Positions 1 through 8,815 of a DNA stretch of 64,000 nt are shown here, in pieces. The stretch is taken from sequence record OP172789; one strand, given 5' to 3'. A model generated the notes under the pieces. The model saw only the letters and a program-made list of their open reading frames with translations, made no database searches and was not told the origin of the DNA. The stretch is from Escherichia phage ECO71P1. The first letter of the stretch is position 1. Each line of letters starts with the position of its first letter. A program made the translations under genes and the position numbers.

Positions 1-110
1 TCGTCGAGTAGCTCTACCAGTGCCTTTGCATCGTCGAGTGTTAACACCACTGGCCGCGACCCATTAACGGCTTGTCGAAGCTTCCGCGCGGCAACGGCCA
101 ACTTAGTCAT
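1..110 (-). CDS. hypothetical protein, 5' part only (gene continues beyond the left edge of the window)
   Basis: ATG at 108-110 on minus strand with upstream AAGGG; open frame runs to window edge. Confidence 0.3.
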   Translation of the reverse strand, partial: MTKLAVAARKLRQAVNGSRPVVLTLDDAKALVELLD

Positions 111-121
111 CGGACCCTTGT

Positions 122-514
122 TCACGGCAACTCCTTATTCATTGGCGTAATGGAAAGCACCTTCACTTCAGTGATGTCACGGTTATATTCGCGCTTGATT
201 TGTAGAATCTGGGATTGGATGCGCGCGATAAAGTGCCACGTTATGCCTTCCTTAACGTTAATCCAGGCCGCAAGCTGCATCGAGTCAATGTCACTTCTCA
301 ATGTCATCGGTCTGTAAACAGCACTTGGTGCACCACTAGCACCGTAAGCCAGTTGCGCGTCATAAGCTGAATACTTGAATGACACCAGGAACATTCTTTC
401 TTCAAGTTGACTCTCGCTATTAGGATTCTTATCACAATTAGCCATATGCTGCACGAACTCTTCATGCGGAAGATGCATCACATCGTGGCAATACGGACAA
501 CGTTTCATTCTCAT
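122..514 (-). CDS. hypothetical early protein with Cys/His cluster (CPYCH...H..C), possible zinc-binding
   Basis: ORF track 130 aa; start overlaps stop of upstream gene (ATGA). Confidence 0.45.
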   Translation of the reverse strand: MRMKRCPYCHDVMHLPHEEFVQHMANCDKNPNSESQLEERMFLVSFKYSAYDAQLAYGASGAPSAVYRPMTLRSDIDSMQLAAWINVKEGITWHFIARIQSQILQIKREYNRDITEVKVLSITPMNKELP

Positions 515-747
515 TTTGCATACTCCATAGCATATTGCTGCAGCTTAAACGCAGCCTTTTGTAATTGTTTGTGGCGTTCAAATAACGTCTCACGCTTTTC
601 AGCATGGCAATCGGCGCGAAGCATTGTTATGGCAACGCTTGACATAGCATTCAATAAAAACTGAAAACGAGACACCATGCGCAGCTCATTGCGCTTGTTG
701 AAAGACAGCTTACCCAGCGCGGCATTCATAATTGCACCTCGACACAC
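511..747 (-). CDS. hypothetical protein
   Basis: 78 aa ORF in tight minus-strand array; 4-nt overlap with neighbour. Confidence 0.4.
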   Translation of the reverse strand: MCRGAIMNAALGKLSFNKRNELRMVSRFQFLLNAMSSVAITMLRADCHAEKRETLFERHKQLQKAAFKLQQYAMEYAK

Positions 748-1043
748 GATTCACTAGCCTTGAATCCCCAGCCTTCCAGACCGACTTCGCCGCAGCAGCG
801 CACCTTTGCCCAACCAGTCATGAGCCATTGGCGATACTTTTCGAAGTATGTTGGCTTTTCTGAATAACAATGAACAAGGCCGTCGTCATCAATGGCCACG
901 TAACGCGTCCAAGGCGCAACGGGTACAACTACGTCGGGGTGCGACTCTGGCCAAGGCTTGATGTGTACAGCTGTGTTCAAGTCTACGTTTAACACGCTGC
1001 CTAACCGCTCGTCTTGTTCCTGGTCAATGCCTAAGTAAATCAT
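726..1043 (-). CDS. hypothetical protein
   Basis: 105 aa ORF, co-oriented with neighbours. Confidence 0.4.
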   Translation of the reverse strand: MIYLGIDQEQDERLGSVLNVDLNTAVHIKPWPESHPDVVVPVAPWTRYVAIDDDGLVHCYSEKPTYFEKYRQWLMTGWAKVRCCGEVGLEGWGFKASESCVEVQL

Positions 1044-1127
1044 AATTCACCTCGCTTGTTAGTCTTGATGAACAGAGTATAAGTATTGATAAAAGAAAAG
1101 GCAAGCATTTAGCTCACCTTTTGATAT

Positions 1128-1460
1128 TCATTTTACATAGTGGAGTAGGTCAATCTCTATCTCGTGCCTTGTCCTTGTTATCTTTGTATCGCCCGTCCGG
1201 TGGGTGACTTGAGAGAAGAAAGAGTCTTTGTGAGCACATCTTTCAAACATCACGCTGGCAAATCTGCAGCCGCATATTGCATCAAGTTTTGCTCCGTTAG
1301 ACAAAAGGTTGAATGTCAATACAGTGTTATCCATCCTTGCATTTTGCTTGATGCAGGACTTTAAGAAGGCGTAAGAATCGGCAAATGATTTGTGCCTTTT
1401 ACAAATATCTTTAACCTTTTCACGTTCATACGCGGCGAGTATCTGATCACGGGTCATCAC
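1128..1460 (-). CDS. hypothetical protein
   Basis: 110 aa ORF. Confidence 0.45.
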   Translation of the reverse strand: MMTRDQILAAYEREKVKDICKRHKSFADSYAFLKSCIKQNARMDNTVLTFNLLSNGAKLDAICGCRFASVMFERCAHKDSFFSQVTHRTGDTKITRTRHEIEIDLLHYVK

Positions 1461-1696
1461 TGCACCTCTGTTATTCCGGTTATACGAACGATGACTGTGT
1501 CATCCAAATTAAACTGCTGCCGCGCAACGCGCTTGATGTCGTCCTTAAGGTCCGCAATCAACTCCCTTGTTAACACTGTACGCTCTGAGACGCCATATTG
1601 CACGTCAAAGGTATACTCGCCATAAAACACCGCGCCATTGGGAAGTTGCACGACATAGAATGCCATATACATGGCGTTGATATAATCTTCCATTAT
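1457..1696 (-). CDS. hypothetical protein (start trimmed to internal Met MEDYINAM)
   Basis: Longest ORF 1457-1807 overlaps next gene by 115 nt; internal ATG gives 4-nt ATGA overlap. Confidence 0.35.
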   Translation of the reverse strand: MMEDYINAMYMAFYVVQLPNGAVFYGEYTFDVQYGVSERTVLTRELIADLKDDIKRVARQQFNLDDTVIVRITGITEVQ

Positions 1697-2040
1697 ACAT
1701 TCTCCACGGGTCGACGAATGAGTTTGCGTAATCCTTCGGGCCAGACCTTCTTGATGACGGCCTTTGCTGGGCTGGATGAAAGCTTCTTCAGCTTCAATAG
1801 GACACAACCTTCATCATCGTTCGGTTGCACCTGGATAACGACTCGCGCTTGTCGGTCAATGACCATGACATCCCCAACGCGAATGTCTTTCACCAACACG
1901 CCCATCTCCTTCGTGCCGGATACGCCAATCACGTGGTCGCAACGGACTCGCGACGGTAGCAACGTGCCGCCTTCAGCCATCTCACGCACACGCTTCTTAA
2001 TCTCTGCGCCATACAGCGTTTCATCTTTAACATGAGCCAT
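1693..2040 (-). CDS. hypothetical protein (start trimmed to MAHVKDE)
   Basis: Internal ATG preceded by AAGG; avoids overlap with upstream gene. Confidence 0.4.
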   Translation of the reverse strand: MAHVKDETLYGAEIKKRVREMAEGGTLLPSRVRCDHVIGVSGTKEMGVLVKDIRVGDVMVIDRQARVVIQVQPNDDEGCVLLKLKKLSSSPAKAVIKKVWPEGLRKLIRRPVENV

Positions 2041-2521
2041 GTTCAAGTACCTTATAGAATTTAGTGGTGAATCGCTCGTCGCCATAGTAGCGATAATTTC
2101 CGCCACCTGTGTGATCAAACCTTACCCATTGAATTAAAGTCTGGTCAGCGTCATGCGACACGTGAATCACTCGGCCATTAACAGGAATTGCACCCTCTTC
2201 CGCGTCCTTGCTTATGATTGAGTCGCCGTTCTTTATGTCAAATATGTCAATTGGCTTAAGGCGCGGCTTGTTATCAGCATAAGTTTTAATAGGTAAGGCA
2301 ATGCAGCGAGAATTTGAATGATACACAGGTCTTGTTGCACCCTTGACGTTGCGCTTCAGCAATTCATCAATGGCATAGTCAACATCATCACTTTCAAACT
2401 CCTTCATGATGAAGTCTCTTACCCTTACACGAAGGTTGACATCTGCTTCTGCACGTCTCAATGCGTGTAAAATTTCTTTAGCTTCTTCTTTGTTTAACAT
2501 TAAAGGGCGATGAATGATCAT
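2027..2521 (-). CDS. hypothetical protein
   Basis: 164 aa ORF. Confidence 0.45.
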   Translation of the reverse strand: MIIHRPLMLNKEEAKEILHALRRAEADVNLRVRVRDFIMKEFESDDVDYAIDELLKRNVKGATRPVYHSNSRCIALPIKTYADNKPRLKPIDIFDIKNGDSIISKDAEEGAIPVNGRVIHVSHDADQTLIQWVRFDHTGGGNYRYYGDERFTTKFYKVLEHGSC

Positions 2522-2675
2522 AATTAACCTCTGATTTGTGACACAAAACGTTTATAATGTTCTTTGGCTAAGACGCGTGCACGCTCTTTCGTATGGCCAC
2601 TGGCTTCGAGTACGCGACGAAGCTGCTTGATTGCGTCCGCTTTACTAATCTTGTTATCGCTAAATTGATATTTAT

Positions 2676-2897
2676 TCATGCTTCACAAGCCGCCTTAATT
2701 TGACGTGGAGTAACGATGACCACTTCACCAACCAGTGACTTGTCGTCTTCTTTTACCGTGTCGATTCGAACGCGGTAATGATTGCGACCGCGCGAATCAG
2801 TAAGGTATTGATCCAGCTCAAGGATGGTGCCTGCGCGCATATTCTGTCCTGACATCCAACGGATGCGGTCCCCAGCCTTAAGAGTTTTCTTTCTCAT
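2676..2897 (-). CDS. hypothetical small protein (start trimmed to MRKKTLKAGD)
   Basis: Longest ORF would overlap the next gene extensively; internal start fits gene packing. Confidence 0.35.
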   Translation of the reverse strand: MRKKTLKAGDRIRWMSGQNMRAGTILELDQYLTDSRGRNHYRVRIDTVKEDDKSLVGEVVIVTPRQIKAACEA

Positions 2898-2904
2898 CTT
2901 CAAC

Positions 2905-3183
2905 TCACTTATAGTATTTAAACATAGCCGCGCAAAAGTCTTGCATGGCATTCTTAATCTGCTTCTTGAACAACGGGTCATGCATCGTTTCAACATTCGT
3001 CTTAATCCGAACGTGACCGATAACATCAAACGCAGTCGCTGGCATCGGCTCATAGATTTCATGATCGTTCAAGATTATATCTAGTTTTGACTCAGAAATC
3101 ACGGGATAATTCTTTCCAGCAGTAAACTGGTCATCAATCGATGACGTGCACTTGACAAAGAACACTTTGTATGTAGTAATCAT
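2905..3183 (-). CDS. hypothetical protein
   Basis: 92 aa ORF. Confidence 0.4.
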   Translation of the reverse strand: MITTYKVFFVKCTSSIDDQFTAGKNYPVISESKLDIILNDHEIYEPMPATAFDVIGHVRIKTNVETMHDPLFKKQIKNAMQDFCAAMFKYYK

Positions 3184-3389
3184 AGTGAGTCCTTCGGGCC
3201 GCAGTAGCGCCCGTCCAGGTAGCGGTCATATTGGATTAAGGCGAACGTTTTCAACGAAAGGTTACGGCGCTTAAACAGGTGACCCGTTGATGGATTCTGC
3301 TCGTGCGCCGTTGGATAAAGGCGTGACAGGTAGTGGATGAGGACTTGTAAAGCTCTACGTTGCTTTGTTATTCTCCCTTGTGTATTCAT
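3180..3389 (-). CDS. hypothetical protein
   Basis: 69 aa ORF, ATGA overlap with downstream gene. Confidence 0.3.
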   Translation of the reverse strand: MNTQGRITKQRRALQVLIHYLSRLYPTAHEQNPSTGHLFKRRNLSLKTFALIQYDRYLDGRYCGPKDSL

Positions 3390-3618
3390 GGCTGAATCTA
3401 CCCTCTGTCAATATCCGGTCGTGGATGACTATACCAGTGCAGCGCAGTCGGTTGGCATTGCTTCGCGCCTTTGCTGCTTGATGAGGATTGAACAAGCCAA
3501 ACAAACTAGCCTTAAAAGCAAACTGGTAATATTTGATTAAGGTACTAAGTGCTAACTCAATCCTGTCTAAATTAATCATAATATCACCTCGTCAGAAAAG
3601 CAAATATTTTGATGATAA

Positions 3619-4266
3619 TTATCCTGTGGCCTGCATATTGCGTACATACTTCTGCTCTAATGAATAGATGAAGTCGGCGACCGTCAATCCTTTGGTGTGC
3701 CACTCATACATTGTGTAGCCTGTATTCAGGAAATAGCCGCGCACCTTGTCCATTGCTTCAGATTCCTCCATGGAAGCCATCAGCGCGGCGACGTTATCAT
3801 AAGAAGGCACAAATCCCTTCTTGCGTAGCGCATTGCGCAAATCTTTAGTTCTGAATCCAATCTTGCACAGGTCATCACGGCCCGTTGAAGATGCAACCTT
3901 CGGCAGCGCAAGGAACTCTTTGAGGAACATTGAGATGTTCAAGTCGCCTGCGTCATCAAGCTTCTGGAGTCGGTTGCGACCGCGACCCTTGAATTCACTC
4001 GCACGAGGGTGAGCACCAAAGCAGTGCGCCCCTTCCAGTTTTGGGTCGATGATCATCAAATCTTTGCCTACGCGCAATTCAACATAGTAAAGGTATGTCT
4101 CATCGATAAGCTTCGTGCGCTTACAGTTGATGGAGTCCTTATCGTAACCAAAACCACGCAACACGGTTGAAATCATCCGGTTCATTTCTTCTCCGTGAAC
4201 GTCACTCTCTTTGTTCAGTTCACCAAGATGTTGAAAGAATTTAGCGATGTTGATTGCTTTATTCAT
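3619..4266 (-). CDS. hypothetical protein
   Basis: 215 aa ORF immediately upstream of the helicase gene, stop/start adjacent. Confidence 0.5.
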   Translation of the reverse strand: MNKAINIAKFFQHLGELNKESDVHGEEMNRMISTVLRGFGYDKDSINCKRTKLIDETYLYYVELRVGKDLMIIDPKLEGAHCFGAHPRASEFKGRGRNRLQKLDDAGDLNISMFLKEFLALPKVASSTGRDDLCKIGFRTKDLRNALRKKGFVPSYDNVAALMASMEESEAMDKVRGYFLNTGYTMYEWHTKGLTVADFIYSLEQKYVRNMQATG

Positions 4267-5936
4267 CAGAATTCATCCTTATCTCTTCCTAAAGAACGTT
4301 TGCGTTCAATAACCTTCTTCAAGAATTCAATATCTTCAGGGTCAGATTCATCGCGGATAAGATACGCCAAAATAGTCATCAGGTCAGAAATGTATTCCCC
4401 TGCTTCATTCTTAATCAGCGGCGTAAAGTAACCACGCTGGTTGCGATAGGTTGCAGGCTCAAATCCAAGCTTCGACATGTGCGGCGCAAGGGTACGTGAG
4501 AAAGGCGACTTGCCGCACTTAGCTCTGAAGCCCATAGCGATTGCACCACTAGTGATGTGCCAGCGTCCGCTGTGATGTCGGTCATAAGGCGCGGTGATGA
4601 CGACTTCAACAAGGTCGTTGTCGACCATCTCGTCACGGATAACGCCGCGAGCACGTTCCATTTCGTTCTTGCTGAACTCAGTAAGCATGCGAGACGTTTC
4701 ACCAACAAAAGCGTTGTAACCTGCTTCGCCGTGCTTCTCCATCCACGCAGCACACTCAGCCATCAACTGCCAAACATCTTCTTTCAAAGTGGAAAGGTCA
4801 GCTTGGAAGTCTTTCGACCAGTTCGGTTGCCCGTCCTTGTCTGCGAGTTGGCCAACAAAGATAGGATACACACGACGGTTGCCCGTATCGTCACGCTGCA
4901 TGCCTGCGTATTCGTTGCCGTCCATGATAGCAATCCACTGGCGCGGTTTAACCTGCGTATCTTCAAATTTGAAGTCCAGGTCATCTTCCGTCTTAGTCAG
5001 GAATGCTTTCATGTTTTCGATGTCGGCCTTTTTAAAGCCTGTCATCTCGCCAACGTTCGCGATAATTGAGCGACCCGTAATAGCTCGCAAGAACGGGTTG
5101 AAGTTCTGCGCGGCCAAGTTCAACGGAATCGGTGTTGCGTGGCGGTCGTTCATAATAGCTTCGCAAAGCAGCTTACTGAAATAACTCTTCCCTGCGTTCT
5201 GGCCGCCGATGAGCGCAATGGAGATTGGCGCTTGACAGCCAGGGTTGGTCAGGCGGTTATAGAGCGATAGCCAAAAATACACACCGATTTGTCGGTTTAA
5301 CTCTGTATCGAACGGTCGGAATAGCTCGATAAGGTATTTCTCAATGCGCGCAGTACCGTCCCATTCAGGCAGCTTCTTGTAGAAGAAGTCCATCAGGTCG
5401 TCGCGCTGATAACGCATGGCCCATTCCTTATAGGATTGAGCGACCTGACGTGAGTTTGGGTTGGACAGGCCTGCTGCGTCGACAGCGGCAACTATCTCTG
5501 TGACTTCCAACGTCCGGTCGGTGAATGTTTCTCCGCGATGGTCGACTAAGCGTCCACGAAAAGTATCTTTGTGAGGGAATGGGACAATGCCGCTTCCCTT
5601 ATCAAACAACGCGTCGAAAACCGCATAACGGTTCATGTCACTCGTCCGGTCCGCCTGAAGAACAAAATCATCTTTCGTCGGTTTGTAGTGAGGGAACTTG
5701 ATTACCTGAAGTGAGGCGAGCAAACGTGCTCTTTCAACCAAGTCTTCTTCACCGTAGCACTCCATGCGCTCTGCATCTTTCTCAACAGCCTTATGCTGGA
5801 GGCTGATTTTAGCTCTGGTGCCTTGCTGCTCTGCCGCTTGCATCTCTTCTGAAACACCAGCGTCTTGAATTTCGTCAAAGGTTGCACCAAATTCATCACC
5901 TGTATCCTCTGGAAGATTGTCATGTTCAATTGACAT
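4266..5936 (-). CDS. P-loop NTPase, putative replicative helicase (D5 / primase-C-terminal-like)
   Basis: Walker A-like IALIGGQNAGKSYFSKLL in 556 aa protein; strong AGGAGG RBS before ATG at 5936. Confidence 0.55.
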   Translation of the reverse strand: MSIEHDNLPEDTGDEFGATFDEIQDAGVSEEMQAAEQQGTRAKISLQHKAVEKDAERMECYGEEDLVERARLLASLQVIKFPHYKPTKDDFVLQADRTSDMNRYAVFDALFDKGSGIVPFPHKDTFRGRLVDHRGETFTDRTLEVTEIVAAVDAAGLSNPNSRQVAQSYKEWAMRYQRDDLMDFFYKKLPEWDGTARIEKYLIELFRPFDTELNRQIGVYFWLSLYNRLTNPGCQAPISIALIGGQNAGKSYFSKLLCEAIMNDRHATPIPLNLAAQNFNPFLRAITGRSIIANVGEMTGFKKADIENMKAFLTKTEDDLDFKFEDTQVKPRQWIAIMDGNEYAGMQRDDTGNRRVYPIFVGQLADKDGQPNWSKDFQADLSTLKEDVWQLMAECAAWMEKHGEAGYNAFVGETSRMLTEFSKNEMERARGVIRDEMVDNDLVEVVITAPYDRHHSGRWHITSGAIAMGFRAKCGKSPFSRTLAPHMSKLGFEPATYRNQRGYFTPLIKNEAGEYISDLMTILAYLIRDESDPEDIEFLKKVIERKRSLGRDKDEF

Positions 5937-6002
5937 TTAATCCTCCTGATACGGCTTTGTTATATTGTTGCATGGATATATCCTTTCAGGGTGCGGTAAA
6001 TA

Positions 6003-6022
6003 AACGCCAGAAATCTGGCGTT
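6003..6022 (-). terminator. putative rho-independent terminator for the minus-strand unit
   Basis: Hairpin AACGCCAGAAATCTGGCGTT; T-rich run follows on minus strand. Confidence 0.4.
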
Positions 6023-6072
6023 GTATATTAATATAGTAAAACTCAGTTTAAAGCAATATAACTGGTGAACTA

Positions 6073-6363
6073 TCAGCAAGGAAATTGGTCAGCGTATGCC
6101 TTTCTCAATTTGTTTACTGACTGAACAGAATGAAGGTATTGGCAATCGGTGAAGATGCGGCGCAAACAATCCATAGAAGACAGGTCATCGTTAGTAACCA
6201 CCAGAATCTCTTCCGAAGGGCAACCAGCTTCTTTGGCAATCTCATTAAGATTTGAGCCATTAATTTCTTCAACACGTTTCACCTCATCGATACCGTAAAC
6301 ATCAACGGCAACTTCGATGTCGTCATCGCTGATATTCTCACCATAAAGAATTACAATATTCAT
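6073..6363 (-). CDS. hypothetical acidic protein
   Basis: 96 aa ORF. Confidence 0.45.
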   Translation of the reverse strand: MNIVILYGENISDDDIEVAVDVYGIDEVKRVEEINGSNLNEIAKEAGCPSEEILVVTNDDLSSMDCLRRIFTDCQYLHSVQSVNKLRKAYADQFPC

Positions 6364-6464
6364 TTACTCACCCCTGCCAAATAATATGCCATATCCAATA
6401 CATATAATAGCCCCAGGATGATAACAAGGGAAATGATTAATGTGTATTTCTTTACGGCTTTCAT
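6360..6464 (-). CDS. small hydrophobic protein (about 34 aa, one predicted TM helix)
   Basis: Hand translation MKAVKKYTLIISLVIILGLLYVLDMAYYLAGVSK; stop overlaps next start (ATGA); below ORF-track size cut-off. Confidence 0.3.
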   Translation of the reverse strand: MKAVKKYTLIISLVIILGLLYVLDMAYYLAGVSK

Positions 6465-6482
6465 ATGTATCTATACCTAAAT

Positions 6483-6746
6483 TTACTGTTGAGGATCACC
6501 GATGGAGCCTGTCGCATCCCATTCAACGCGTGCTGAACGGTCTGCTGGTGGACAACCTTCTCCGGCGTAAAGCTCCACCACGCCTTCGTGAGAGCAGCAC
6601 TGGCACTCTACAAGGTCGCCGTCCTCCCAGGCACCTTCCTCTGCATTGCGATGCTGCCGCACCTTGATCACATCGCTTGCACAGTTAGGACAAGTCGAAA
6701 GACTGCTTGTGACGTTCCAAACAAACTCGTTGCGGAAAGCACCCAT
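6483..6746 (-). CDS. hypothetical protein with zinc-ribbon-like Cys pairs (CPNC...CQCC)
   Basis: Start trimmed to MGAFRNEF to abut upstream gene. Confidence 0.4.
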   Translation of the reverse strand: MGAFRNEFVWNVTSSLSTCPNCASDVIKVRQHRNAEEGAWEDGDLVECQCCSHEGVVELYAGEGCPPADRSARVEWDATGSIGDPQQ

Positions 6747-6747
6747 G

Positions 6748-7038
6748 CTACACCTCTTGATCTCGCTGTTGTTGAATCGCGGCTGCAGCTTCTTCAAAAT
6801 TCACTGGCTCAACGGTAAACGTTGCACTGACAGTGAAGTTGTTAATCGTCAGCAAAGTATTGAAACGCTCTGCATTCAGATTCATCGCCACGTGAGTCGA
6901 AACATTAAGGATTGCGCCAACAACTTCTTCAACCGCATAGCCTTTAAACAGAGGAAGAATTTCATTGACAAGCTTCAGCTCGTTCTCCACGCGAAGTTTT
7001 TGCGCTTCTTCAGTGGTCATCATTTTTGGTTCGTTCAT
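6748..7038 (-). CDS. hypothetical protein
   Basis: 96 aa ORF. Confidence 0.45.
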   Translation of the reverse strand: MNEPKMMTTEEAQKLRVENELKLVNEILPLFKGYAVEEVVGAILNVSTHVAMNLNAERFNTLLTINNFTVSATFTVEPVNFEEAAAAIQQQRDQEV

Positions 7039-7040
7039 TT

Positions 7041-7187
7041 TTATTCCTTAACAAATTCAGAGTAGTGTTTGGCCGCAGCCGATTGGTGGTGAGCCATAAC
7101 ACCTTCAAGGGTGGGAAGCTCTACGTGCTTAGGTTCTGACGAATTTAACAGACCTTCAAGCTCGATGTTCAATTCTTCGCTTTGCAT
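7041..7187 (-). CDS. small hypothetical protein (48 aa)
   Basis: Hand translation MQSEELNIELEGLL...; GAGGTG RBS before ATG; below ORF-track cut-off. Confidence 0.35.
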   Translation of the reverse strand: MQSEELNIELEGLLNSSEPKHVELPTLEGVMAHHQSAAAKHYSEFVKE

Positions 7188-7245
7188 AAATCACCTCTGC
7201 TTCAGTTCATAAAATGATTATAGTTGCTAGAAAAATAAAAGCAAA

Positions 7246-8328
7246 CTATTTTATGCCACCTGCGCGACGATTTATCATATCAAGTTGATTCTCAATATAA
7301 GGCATTACTACTGCTTCGACAAAAGCGGTCCATCCTTTCTTGCCTTCCCCTTTCCGGTGACAGTCGTGAGCGCAACCGAAAACGAATTCATGTTCAGCGC
7401 CAGGGATTGGGCCGCGAAAATAAGCGCCGTATGGGTCGCCGTTGGTGTGCTCTTCACCCCAAGGACAGATGATGCGGCATTTACCTGACATGTTTTCAAC
7501 CACATCGCCATCGGACCCTTCGCCCATCTTATTGCGCGCAAGGATTTGCTGGGCTATCTTATACCAAACAGCGTCATATTTGTATTCGTCAACGTCGATT
7601 TGAATTTCACGCTTTTGCGGCATAACGACGTGGAAACCGAAGGCTTGGCAAATCTCTTCGATTGTGTAGCGCAAAGAATAGTCTGCATGAACAAGTCGGC
7701 AGCGGAACGGGTCGCCGTTCTCATCGACATATTTATAGGGGCCGTCGTGAGTCACACGCTTATTGTTGATGCACCCAGGAACACGACCCACGCGTGTCAC
7801 ATCTTTAATCGTATTGTCGCCGCCCTTCTTGAGTACCATGTTTACGAAAGACCCAAGGAATGCTTTGAACTGAATAAGATGGTCAATCGGTTCTTTAAAG
7901 AAGTACCACAGCTGATGGTTGTTCGGTGAAGTCTCAACAATGACGGTGGGCTTCAGGCGCTCGAAAAAGAATTCCAAATCTAAATCGCCCTTTGACCCTT
8001 TACCGTGTCCGATGTCGTCGACCATCATCGCCATGCCATGACCGAAAGCCGATTCCGTGCGCCAGTATCGCATCTCGCCTGTCTTTGGGTTGGGAGACTT
8101 ACGCATTGAACTTATGCAGGCGTAACCGTTCTGATGTTGCATCAGCGGCTTGCCAAGCTTCCAAGGCTTAGGCCAGAAGCTGCTGTTAATCTTTTTGCCG
8201 CGCTCGTCGGTCTGCACCGTTGCTTCAGGCGCAAACACTGTCATGACGCGTTCATCTTCTGGAATGCCTCTTTGGAGTTCCGTCAAAAACTCTTCGATTA
8301 TTTTTGCTTCTTCTCTTAAACTAGCCAT
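7246..8328 (-). CDS. putative primase-like replication protein (AEP/prim-pol-like DxD motif plus C-terminal Cys/His cluster)
   Basis: MMVDDIGHG acidic motif, C-terminal CPWGEEH...GCAHDCH; GAAGGAAAG RBS; sits beside helicase gene. Confidence 0.4.
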   Translation of the reverse strand: MASLREEAKIIEEFLTELQRGIPEDERVMTVFAPEATVQTDERGKKINSSFWPKPWKLGKPLMQHQNGYACISSMRKSPNPKTGEMRYWRTESAFGHGMAMMVDDIGHGKGSKGDLDLEFFFERLKPTVIVETSPNNHQLWYFFKEPIDHLIQFKAFLGSFVNMVLKKGGDNTIKDVTRVGRVPGCINNKRVTHDGPYKYVDENGDPFRCRLVHADYSLRYTIEEICQAFGFHVVMPQKREIQIDVDEYKYDAVWYKIAQQILARNKMGEGSDGDVVENMSGKCRIICPWGEEHTNGDPYGAYFRGPIPGAEHEFVFGCAHDCHRKGEGKKGWTAFVEAVVMPYIENQLDMINRRAGGIK

Positions 8329-8488
8329 CTTTCTTTCCTTCGGTGATCAATACCTGCAGTATAATATTGAGTGATACAAAGTCAACAATATTTACCATTT
8401 AGTTCACAATTTCGATTTACTTTGCTTTATACTATATCTGCAATTATACTATCAGAAAATATTTCCGCACTAACAAAGGTCGCCTGAA
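8329..8488. promoter_or_regulatory. divergent intergenic region with three TGC-N-TATA(A/C)TAT boxes, candidate host-RNAP promoters
   Basis: Switch point between minus-strand and plus-strand gene blocks; repeated -10-like hexamers. Confidence 0.3.
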
Positions 8489-8815
8489 ATGAACGAAAAA
8501 GATACGAAGCAACGAGAACGTGCAACACACGTCGGCATCGTTGAGTCCTTCCTTAATACAAGACTGAATTCAAGTCTTACAATTATGCGATTCCTGGGTC
8601 AACCAGACAGAATCAAATTCATCTTTGCCGCAAATCCGGTATCGCTTTACATCCCTGTTGAATCCATGGCGTACCTGGTGCGCGACGAGCAAGGGTGGAA
8701 GATACCAAACACGACTGTTTTCTTCAGTCACGTTGACGGTGAGATGTTTGAACGAAAAGAAGATTGCCATTTTATTCCAGTATATCTGGACCTTGAAAGC
8801 GTAGTGGAGTTATAA
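8489..8815 (+). CDS. hypothetical protein
   Basis: 108 aa ORF, first gene of plus-strand block. Confidence 0.45.
   Translation: MNEKDTKQRERATHVGIVESFLNTRLNSSLTIMRFLGQPDRIKFIFAANPVSLYIPVESMAYLVRDEQGWKIPNTTVFFSHVDGEMFERKEDCHFIPVYLDLESVVEL

Noticed and set aside
72-317. Plus-strand 81 aa ORF at the left edge
   Set aside because: Overlaps the minus-strand gene array on the opposite strand; no ribosome binding site.
4557-5069. Plus-strand ORFs (4557-5069, 4789-5184) inside the helicase gene
   Set aside because: Fully nested antisense to a well-supported 556 aa gene; no ribosome binding sites.
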